Assembly: GCA_963666515.2 (NCBI GenBank)
Contig: OY762897.2
Span: forward strand, 4,288,001-4,352,000
From: Candidatus Binatia bacterium
Lineage (GTDB): Bacteria > Desulfobacterota > Binatia > UBA9968 > JAJDTQ01
Length of the DNA stretch: 64,000 nt
Direction of reading: 5' to 3'
Part shown: in pieces, positions 56,791-64,000 of the stretch
Numbering within the stretch: the stretch's first letter is position 1
Layout of the letters: each line of letters begins with the position of its first letter
Made by a program: the position numbers and the translations under genes
Notes under the pieces: generated by a model
Told to the model about the DNA's origin: nothing
Seen by the model: the letters and a program-made list of their open reading frames with translations, nothing else
Databases searched by the model: none

Positions 56791-57264
56791 ATGGAACGTA
56801 ACATCAGCCTGACGGTGAACGGAGAGCAACACGAGCTGCAGGTCAACGACGCCGACACCCTGCTGGAGGTTCTGCGCGACAGCCTCAAGCTCTGGAGCGT
56901 GCGGGAGTCCTGCGGCGTGGGCGCCTGCGGGAGTTGCACGGTGCTGCTGGACGGAAGGCCGGTAAGCGCGTGCTTCCTGCTCGCTGCGCGCCAGGACAGC
57001 CGTACGGTGGAAACGGTCGAGGGACTGGGCAGCGATGATGCCCTTCACCCCATCCAGCAGGCGTTTCTCGAAAACGACGCCGCCCAGTGCGGCTACTGCA
57101 CCCCCGGCTTCATCATGGCCGCCAAGGCGCTGCTGGAGGAGCACGGCGACCCCAGCGACGACCAGATTCGCGAGTACCTTTCCGGCAACCTGTGCCGTTG
57201 CGGCGGCTACCCCAACATCATGCGCGCGGTCCGCGCCGCGGCGGCACGCATGGGCGGAGGTTGA
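56791..57264 (+). CDS. Xanthine dehydrogenase family 2Fe-2S (small) subunit
   Basis: CGVGACGSCTV, QCGYCTPG, NLCRCGGY. Confidence 0.93.
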   Translation: MERNISLTVNGEQHELQVNDADTLLEVLRDSLKLWSVRESCGVGACGSCTVLLDGRPVSACFLLAARQDSRTVETVEGLGSDDALHPIQQAFLENDAAQCGYCTPGFIMAAKALLEEHGDPSDDQIREYLSGNLCRCGGYPNIMRAVRAAAARMGGG

Positions 57265-57295
57265 GGCCAAGGAGGCCCGGGTCAGTTGGAGAGGG

Positions 57296-57334
57296 CATCC
57301 TTCGACTTCGCTTCGCTACGCTCAGGACGAACGG
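57296..57334. repeat. Single REP-like palindrome
   Basis: ccttcgacttcgcttcgctacgctcaggacgaacgg, intergenic; seen once in this window. Confidence 0.4.
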
Positions 57335-57354
57335 AACAGGTTTCCAGGACAACC

Positions 57355-59709
57355 ATGGATACTGCCCCCAGCCTAGACGGCCTGACAGCCCTGCTGAAGC
57401 CCCGCAACATCGCCCTGATCGGCGCCTCGGAGCGGGCGCCCCACGCGGCCGCGCTCATGCGCAACCTGTTCCGGTTCGGCTTCCCGAAGGAAAACATCTA
57501 CCCGGTCAACCCGCGCTACGAGCAGCTCTTCGATCTGCCGTGCTACCCCTCGGTGGACGCGGTGCCGGGGGACGTGGACTTGGCGGTCATCGCGATCCCG
57601 CGCGACGGCACGGTGCAGGTCGTGGAGGAATGCGCCGCCAAGGGTGTGCGCGCCGCGCTTACCGTTGCCACCGGTTTCGGCGAGTTCGACGAGACCGGCC
57701 GGGGCTATCAGGCGGAGTTGACACGCATCGTGCGCGAGAGCGGCATGGCGCTGGCCGGCCCCAACACCTTGGGCTACGTGGCTCTCGAATGCGGCGCCGC
57801 GCTATGGTCGTCGCCGCTCCCCGAACACCTCACTACCGGGCCCGTGAGCGCGGTGTTCAGCAGCGCCGGCCTCCTCAACCTCTTTCTCAACACCGCATCG
57901 GACCGCTGCCTGGGGTTCCGCTACGCCATCGCCCCCGGCAACCAGGTGGGCGCCGGCTTCACCGATTACCTGCGGGCCGCGGTGGACGACGACGGCACCC
58001 GGGTCATTGTCGCGGTCATCGAGTCCATGAGCCGCCCGCAGGAGATGGCGGGGCTGCTGGACTTGGCGCGGGAGCGTGAGAAGGTGGTGATCGCGCTCAG
58101 GCTCGGGCGCTCCCAGAAGGGCGGACGCGCGGTCGCCTCGCACTCGGGCAACATGGCCACCTCCGGCGCGGTGTGGGACGGGCTGTTCCGGCAGAAGGGC
58201 GTCATCCCGGTGGACAACCTCGACCAGATGCTGGAAGTCACGGCCCTGGCCGTCGGGACGCCGGAGCCGTTCCGCATGGCCGGCGCCGCGGCGCCTGCGA
58301 AGTCCGGGGCGGGTCCCGCGGCAGACCCGCAGCCGTACCGTGCATCCGGTCCGGGCGGCGTCGGCATCGTCACCATCTCGGGCGGCGATTGCAGCTTCCT
58401 GGCCGACATCTGCGAGCGCAACGGCGTGGACCTGCCGGAGCCTTCCGGCGCCACCTACGAGGCGCTACGCAAGTACTTCGACAAGGAGAGCTTCAACGGC
58501 AACCCCCTGGACATCGAGGAACTGCACTGGGCGAACCGCTCCGGTTACCTCGAATGCCTGGAAACCTTCATGGCCGACGACAACTTCGCGGTGGTCTGCT
58601 GCCGCCTGAACCTGCCCAAGAGCCCCAGCGACCGCTTGACGGAGTTGTACCGGGAGTCGACGGCAGCGCTCCGGCGCGGCGGCAAGCCGTTCCTGTTCCT
58701 CTCCCGCGCCAGCGAGCAGCTTGACCGCTCCTGGTTCGAGTTCTTCCGGGAGTTGAAAGTGCCGCTGTTGCTGGAATACGAGAAGTCGCTCTGCGCGGTG
58801 CGCGATGTCCTCGCATTGTCGCGGCGAAGCCCCTCCGCGGACCGCGCTGTTCCGCCTGTCCCAGCGCCGGCCCAGACCGCGGGGCCGTCCACTACCGCAG
58901 CCGAGGTCGTGGCTCCGGCGACAGCCCCGACGGAGGCCGCAACGCCGGGAACGGCTTCGGTGGGGATGGCGCTACGAGCGGATTCGGCAGAAATCGACGC
59001 GATGCAGCGGCTGTTGGCCGGGGGCGACGCCTCTTACGCCACCGTGCGGCGGCTGCTCCGGGCTTATGGCATCCCGGCAGCCCCCGGACAACTGGTCCGG
59101 TCCCGAGAGGAGGCAGTCGAAGCCGCCGAGGCCATCGGGTTCCCGGTAGCCCTGAAAGTTGAATCCGCGGATCTGCCCCACAAGACCGAGGCGGGCGGCG
59201 TGCGGCTCGACTTGGCGAGCGCCGACGAGGTGGCGCAGTCTTACGACCGGCTGCTGGAGGAAGTGGGGAAGAAGGCGCCGGATGCCCGCATCGACGGGGT
59301 TCTCGCGCAGAAGATGGTGCAAGGGGTGGCCGAAGTCATCATCGGCACCTCGCGCACGCCGGACCTGGGCATCTGCCTCGTGTTCGGCCTGGGGGGCATC
59401 TACACCGAGGTGCTGAAGGACGTGGCCTTCCGGCTGCCCCCGCTGGGTCTCGCCGAAGCCCACGACATGATCCGGGATATCCGCACCTACCCGTTGCTCA
59501 CGGGTGTGCGCGGCCGGCCCAGGGCCGACGTCGCGGCCCTGGCGGAGACCATCGTGGCGCTGTCCCGGCTGGCGCTGGACTTTCGTGAGGAAGTGGACGA
59601 AATCGAGTTCAACCCGCTGATGGTCCTGCCGGAGGGGCAGGGGGTGCTGGCCGTGGACACGCTGATCCGATGTGTCGGGGCACAGGACTCTGAAGGAGCG
59701 CCAACATGA
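57355..59709 (+). CDS. Acetate-CoA ligase (NDP-forming acyl-CoA synthetase) family, fused alpha-beta
   Basis: IGAS, GPNTLG, SHSG phospho-His motif, ISGG, NPLD, ATP-grasp HKTEAGGV, EFNPL. Confidence 0.9.
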   Translation: MDTAPSLDGLTALLKPRNIALIGASERAPHAAALMRNLFRFGFPKENIYPVNPRYEQLFDLPCYPSVDAVPGDVDLAVIAIPRDGTVQVVEECAAKGVRAALTVATGFGEFDETGRGYQAELTRIVRESGMALAGPNTLGYVALECGAALWSSPLPEHLTTGPVSAVFSSAGLLNLFLNTASDRCLGFRYAIAPGNQVGAGFTDYLRAAVDDDGTRVIVAVIESMSRPQEMAGLLDLAREREKVVIALRLGRSQKGGRAVASHSGNMATSGAVWDGLFRQKGVIPVDNLDQMLEVTALAVGTPEPFRMAGAAAPAKSGAGPAADPQPYRASGPGGVGIVTISGGDCSFLADICERNGVDLPEPSGATYEALRKYFDKESFNGNPLDIEELHWANRSGYLECLETFMADDNFAVVCCRLNLPKSPSDRLTELYRESTAALRRGGKPFLFLSRASEQLDRSWFEFFRELKVPLLLEYEKSLCAVRDVLALSRRSPSADRAVPPVPAPAQTAGPSTTAAEVVAPATAPTEAATPGTASVGMALRADSAEIDAMQRLLAGGDASYATVRRLLRAYGIPAAPGQLVRSREEAVEAAEAIGFPVALKVESADLPHKTEAGGVRLDLASADEVAQSYDRLLEEVGKKAPDARIDGVLAQKMVQGVAEVIIGTSRTPDLGICLVFGLGGIYTEVLKDVAFRLPPLGLAEAHDMIRDIRTYPLLTGVRGRPRADVAALAETIVALSRLALDFREEVDEIEFNPLMVLPEGQGVLAVDTLIRCVGAQDSEGAPT

Positions 59710-60770
59710 AGATCACGGACATACAGCTCGAAGCTCTGGAGCTGCCGTACAAGAAACCCCTCATCACCGCCACCAACCAGTTCTACTCGTCCAACGGGTA
59801 TCTGGTGAGCGCGGAGGCGGACTCGGGGCACACCGGCTACGGTTACATCGACGTGTTTCCCAGGACCGGCGAGACCCCCGCTTCGGTCCGCTACGCCATC
59901 GAGGAGATCATGCGCCCGCTCTTGGTGGGACAGCCCATTGAGGAGCTGAACCGGCTGAACCAGCTCATCAATTTCCGCATGGTGGACAACCGGCGCGCCA
60001 AGGGCGGCATGGACATGGCGCTGTACGACCTCTTGGGCAAGTGCTACGGCGCGCCCCTTTACGTGCTCCTGGGCGGGCTGGTGCGCAAGGAGATCACGGT
60101 CATCAAGATGGTGAGCGTGGGGTCGCCGATGGAGATGGCGAGGGAGTGCCGCGAGCTGGTGGGCGAAGGCTACCGCGCGCTGAAGCTCAAGGTCAGGGGC
60201 GAGGTGGGGCTGGACCTCGCGCGGGTGACCGCTGTGCGCGACGCGGTGGGACCCGACATCTACATCAAGGTGGACGCCAACGAAGCCTTCGACGCCAAAT
60301 CCGCCATCCGCATGGCCGCGGGCATGGCCGAGCTTGGGGTGTCGGTGTTCGAGCAGCCGCTGTCACGGCACCATGACGTGGCGCTCGCCGAGGTCAAGGC
60401 CCAGTCGAGCATCAAGATCGAGGCCGACCAGTCGGCAAGCGCGGTGCACGATGCCTTCAGGCTCATCCGTGACAACGCCTGCGACTCCATCAACACCGGC
60501 ATCCTCAAGGCCGGCGGCATCCAGCAGGCGCGCCAGATCACCGACATGTGCGCCCTGACCGGAACCGAGTGCGGCCTCAGCAACATCGCGGCCTGCATGG
60601 TGGGCGACGCCGCCCTGCTGCACTTGGCCCTCAGCTCTCCCGGCGTGTCCGAGTTCTGCGAGATCGGCGAGTGCGAGGCCCTCACCGGCGACCCGTTCAC
60701 CGGCATCAAGGTGGTGGACGGCAAGCTCGGGGTCCCGGAAGGCCCGGGGCTGGGCGTCACCCGGAACTGA
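59706..60770 (+). CDS. Enolase superfamily enzyme (muconate lactonizing/dipeptide epimerase subgroup)
   Basis: DMALYDLLGK, KLK, DANE, EQP, ADQS, PEGPGLG. Confidence 0.88.
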   Translation: MKITDIQLEALELPYKKPLITATNQFYSSNGYLVSAEADSGHTGYGYIDVFPRTGETPASVRYAIEEIMRPLLVGQPIEELNRLNQLINFRMVDNRRAKGGMDMALYDLLGKCYGAPLYVLLGGLVRKEITVIKMVSVGSPMEMARECRELVGEGYRALKLKVRGEVGLDLARVTAVRDAVGPDIYIKVDANEAFDAKSAIRMAAGMAELGVSVFEQPLSRHHDVALAEVKAQSSIKIEADQSASAVHDAFRLIRDNACDSINTGILKAGGIQQARQITDMCALTGTECGLSNIAACMVGDAALLHLALSSPGVSEFCEIGECEALTGDPFTGIKVVDGKLGVPEGPGLGVTRN

Positions 60771-60930
60771 CGCGCTTCACTTCCGTACTTTCGAGAAACA
60801 ATCGGTGGAAACGCGGTTTGACAAAGCGGTAGGACGCGCGGAACTTGAGGAAATCCGCACTGCCCTGATCGAAGCGGAGGAAAGCGGCAAACCGCAGCCC
60901 TTTGATGGCGAGCTGTTCAAACGGGAAGCG

Positions 60931-61953
60931 ATGAGCCGACGTTCCGATGACGGTCGGACGCCCTTGGCCAATCTGGCGCCCCCCGGATTCGCTCCCCGCT
61001 TCCCGTGGCTGGGCGGCGACTTGCAGACGCTCCGTTACTATTTCTTTCCTTGCAGCGAGGATTTGTCAGCTTGGCCGTCGGAACGCTTGAGCTTCCCCGT
61101 TCCGGGTGAGGAAGGCGACACGATGCTTGCCATGTTGCATCGCCCGAAGCGCCCGACGGACCGCCCCTTGGTCATCCTCGTGCACGGCCTCACCGGGTGC
61201 GAGGGCAGCTCCTACATGTTCGAGACCACGCGCTCGTTCCTCACCCTCGGATATCCCGTCATGCGCCTCAACCTTCGGGGCGCGGGCCCGTCGCGTGACA
61301 CTTGCCGCAGAAGCTATTGCGCGGGCTCCGGAGACAACGTCGCAGCGGTGCTGTCGGCCCTCGACATCGAGGAGGCCCGCCGCGGAGTCGTGCTGATCGG
61401 GTTCTCCATGGGCGGCACCGTGATCCTGCACTGTCTGGCGCGGCTGGCGCGCGGAGTCTCGCCTATCTGCGCGGTGACGGTCTCGATGCCGCTCGACCTG
61501 GCGGCCGTCATCCGCAGGCTGATGAGCCCCCGCAACGTGCTGTATCATCGGTGGCTGCTGGCGCGCATGAAGGAGGCGGTCATCGGCGGCGCCTCCGAGA
61601 TTTCCCCGAAGCAACAGGCGGCCGTGCTGGACGCGCACAGCATCCGTGATTTCGACAACGCTTTCACTGCGCCTCACCACGGCTTCGCGGACTGCGACGA
61701 CTATTACACGCGCTGCTCCGTCACCGGATTGCTGGAGCGCATCGACACTCCGTTGCTGCTGCTTCACGCCAGGAACGATCCCTGGATTCCGGCCGATCCC
61801 TACGAAGACATCCGCCACAACACGCCCTCCAACGTGACCCTGCTGCTCACCGACAACGGCGGCCACGTGGGTTTCCACGACCGCCGCAACGCCACCCCCT
61901 GGTACAACACCGTCATCCAGGCGTACCTGGAGCGGCTCCTTCCTTCCATCTGA
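60931..61953 (+). CDS. YheT-like alpha/beta hydrolase
   Basis: GGDLQT, VHGLTGC, GFSMGG, NDP, GGHVGF. Confidence 0.85.
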   Translation: MSRRSDDGRTPLANLAPPGFAPRFPWLGGDLQTLRYYFFPCSEDLSAWPSERLSFPVPGEEGDTMLAMLHRPKRPTDRPLVILVHGLTGCEGSSYMFETTRSFLTLGYPVMRLNLRGAGPSRDTCRRSYCAGSGDNVAAVLSALDIEEARRGVVLIGFSMGGTVILHCLARLARGVSPICAVTVSMPLDLAAVIRRLMSPRNVLYHRWLLARMKEAVIGGASEISPKQQAAVLDAHSIRDFDNAFTAPHHGFADCDDYYTRCSVTGLLERIDTPLLLLHARNDPWIPADPYEDIRHNTPSNVTLLLTDNGGHVGFHDRRNATPWYNTVIQAYLERLLPSI

Positions 61954-62045
61954 AACACGGACGGTTGCCGTCGTGTTTCGTGCGAGAATATCATTCCCGC
62001 GGAACAGGCTGTGTCGAAATTCGTGGGGCAGAGGCGTACCGCATT

Positions 62046-62145
62046 CGTCATTCCGGCGAAAGCCGGAATCCAGAGGCGGAGTGGCGATGTAAGGCCGTTA
62101 CCGCCTTCCACCACCCCCTGGATTCCGGCTTTCGCCGGAATGACG
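62046..62145. repeat. 100-bp REPIN: inverted CGTC-type REP pair
   Basis: cgtcattccggcgaaagccggaatccag ...44 bp... ctggattccggctttcgccggaatgacg. Confidence 0.88.
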
Positions 62146-62227
62146 AATGCGGCATGACGCAGCCTCCTCATACCCAGGACGCGGAAGAGGGAATCCAGGA
62201 GGGCCGAGGTGGGGAAACACGGAGGTA

Positions 62228-63091
62228 CTACCGGCTCAGGATGATGGAGATGGTGCCGGTCATGACCGCCAAGGTGCCGGTGACGGTGCGGGTGTTGATG
62301 CGCTCGAGGCCGCGCAGGAAGACGACGGTGAGGATCAGGGTCCACAGGGGGCTCGAGGCGACGATGGGAGACACCACAACGACACGGCCGAGGCTGACGG
62401 CGATGAGGGACAGCAGTGAGCCGGCGGATTCGAAGAAGCCAGAAAGGATGAACGGGGGCACCGCGCTGCGGTTGAGCACGAACTGCTCAGACCGGAGACG
62501 AACCTGGACGTACGGGCCCAGTGAGACGAAGGACACGATGGCCAGGATGGCGGCGAAATAGAGGGGTTCGTTGGAGATGTCGAAGGCGATGCGCCTGATC
62601 GGGAACGCGATGCCGGCGAACAGGGCCGCGGTGAGCGAAAAGATCCCCTCCCACCAGCGATAGCGCAAGCCCGATTCCGCCGGTTGCCAGGAGATCAACG
62701 CAATGCCGCCCACCACTAGAAGGGTGCCGGCGATGATCCCAAGGCTTGCATGCTCCCCCAGGAAGACGATGGCGATGACGGCGCTCCACAGCGGGTAGGT
62801 GTTGCGCAGGGGTTCGGCCCGTGCCGCTCCCAGCCGGTGGATGCCGGTCAACTGGAGCAGGCTCGTGGCGGTCTGCAGCACCCCCAACCCCACGAACAGC
62901 AGCAGCGGCGTCCACTCGACGTGGGGTATCCCGCCCATCAGGAACACCCCGCTCCAGAACACCACCGTGCGCAGGCAGAGCAGCACGCAGGCCGCGGTCA
63001 ACGGCGAAGAGTGGTGCATCCCCATGCGCGCGGTGATGGAGCCGCAGGAATAGAAGATGGCCGCGGCGAGAGCGATGAATTCGGGTCGCAT
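62228..63091 (-). CDS. DMT/EamA family transporter
   Basis: About 10 TM segments, two repeats ending PLW...FLGE and PLW...FLRGLE. Confidence 0.85.
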   Translation of the reverse strand: MRPEFIALAAAIFYSCGSITARMGMHHSSPLTAACVLLCLRTVVFWSGVFLMGGIPHVEWTPLLLFVGLGVLQTATSLLQLTGIHRLGAARAEPLRNTYPLWSAVIAIVFLGEHASLGIIAGTLLVVGGIALISWQPAESGLRYRWWEGIFSLTAALFAGIAFPIRRIAFDISNEPLYFAAILAIVSFVSLGPYVQVRLRSEQFVLNRSAVPPFILSGFFESAGSLLSLIAVSLGRVVVVSPIVASSPLWTLILTVVFLRGLERINTRTVTGTLAVMTGTISIILSR

Positions 63092-63159
63092 GGGCAGCAC
63101 CTATCGTGCCCCATGCCCCAGGTTGCATCAAGCCCGCGCGTCTCAACGGCGTATGCGGC

Positions 63160-63621
63160 TCACAGCAGCGGCAGGATGGCGCCGAACAGCACGCCTTCGA
63201 ACAGCGTCCGTTGCAGCACCATTTCCAGGCCCACGTACACCAGCGCCCACACCGTCACGGCCGCCACCGCGCACCGCGTCCACGAGAGCCGGGCGAAGCT
63301 CCGCAGGAACAGCAGCATGTAGATGGGGATGGTGGGCTGGAAGCCGATGAGGATCACCAGCACGCAAAAGACTCCAAGCCAGGCTACGATGGGAGCGGCT
63401 TTGTCCCAGGGCGCCACGTCCACGGTGTCGTCGGGCGCCGCGCTCGGGGACAGCAGCTCTCGTCCCAGGCAGAACAGGACGAACGCCAGGGTCGGGATAC
63501 CCAGCACCAGCGGCACCAGCCCGCCCTGTCCCTCGAAGCCGAAGGACGGGATGACCACCACCAGCACCACCGCCAGGTAGAGCAGGTTGACGATCACGTA
63601 GCTGTAGTTCACACGCTTCAT
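63160..63621 (-). CDS. Tripartite tricarboxylate transporter small subunit TctB-like
   Basis: About 150 aa hydrophobic, ATGA-coupled to the TctA-like gene. Confidence 0.7.
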   Translation of the reverse strand: MKRVNYSYVIVNLLYLAVVLVVVIPSFGFEGQGGLVPLVLGIPTLAFVLFCLGRELLSPSAAPDDTVDVAPWDKAAPIVAWLGVFCVLVILIGFQPTIPIYMLLFLRSFARLSWTRCAVAAVTVWALVYVGLEMVLQRTLFEGVLFGAILPLL

Positions 63622-64000
63622 GGCGTCGGGGTCGGGCGCGTGCGCAGCCGCGTGATCAGCGGGATCGCCACCATGGTCAGGATGAGGATCCACGAGATCA
63701 CACTGTTGAAGAAGCCGAGATAGCTGCCGTCGTGGATTCGCAACGTCAACAGGAACGACTTCTCCGCCAGGTTTCCCAGCACGAAGCCGATGACCAGAGG
63801 CAGGATCGGCACGCCCGCCCGCCGCATGGCGAAGCCGAGGATGCCCAGCAGCACCACCAGCACCACGTCCCAGATGTTCTCCCGCAGGATGTAGGTGCCC
63901 GCCAGCGCCACCACCGCGATGATGGCGGAAAGGTAGTGTACCGGCACCCGGGTGATGATGGCCAGGTAGCGGGCCGCCAGCAGGCCGAAGATGCTGGCGA
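63618..64000 (-). CDS. Tripartite tricarboxylate transporter permease TctA-like, 3' part
   Basis: GILGFAMRRAGVPILPLVIGFVLGNLAEKS; runs off the window. Confidence 0.8.
   Translation of the reverse strand, partial: ASIFGLLAARYLAIITRVPVHYLSAIIAVVALAGTYILRENIWDVVLVVLLGILGFAMRRAGVPILPLVIGFVLGNLAEKSFLLTLRIHDGSYLGFFNSVISWILILTMVAIPLITRLRTRPTPTP

Noticed and set aside
58830-58980. Ala/Pro/Thr-rich insert in the acyl-CoA ligase as a mobile insertion or intein
   Set aside because: In-frame low-complexity linker between domains; no repeats or splicing motifs
1-64000. tRNA or rRNA genes
   Set aside because: None recognised by eye; the branched structure at 36310-36413 lacks T-loop, D-loop and CCA signatures

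Overview
High-GC bacterial DNA with three zones. (1) 1-20.1 kb is metabolism and transport: a partial luciferase-like monooxygenase, TauE, a heterodimeric ABC exporter, TetR, an FMN alpha-hydroxy-acid oxidase behind a Dpp-type ABC importer, an Opp importer, a BetP-like BCCT carrier and a hydrolase. (2) About 20.1-43.2 kb is a defence/mobile island. It is built on a type I R-M system whose HsdR carries a C-terminal Schlafen/AlbA_2 domain. hsdM is separated from hsdS-hsdR by about 15 kb of cargo: an AbiE pair with the toxin split by an IS1380, a second abiEi, an AAA_21 ATPase with a decayed DUF4276-like partner, RelE-like and HigBA modules, a dead hsdM fragment, and a 3.3-kb cargo-carrying IS1595 with TIRs and an 8-bp TSD. 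The cargo also holds a 1.87-kb CTAG-bounded element with no TIRs, encoding a 535-aa Rep_trans-like/wHTH protein behind a strongly structured multi-branched leader; this is the best candidate here for an undescribed mobile system. (3) 43.2-64 kb holds grdC-grdA (GrdA is a selenoprotein with an in-frame UGA and a SECIS-like hairpin, which the ORF track misses), an M20 amidohydrolase, a TM0106-like nuclease, a second small accessory patch, a xanthine-dehydrogenase-family operon with acyl-CoA ligase and enolase-superfamily genes, and DMT/TTT transporters. CGTC-type REP/REPIN palindromes occur in the intergenic gaps. All family assignments come from motif recognition by eye; no database search was run.
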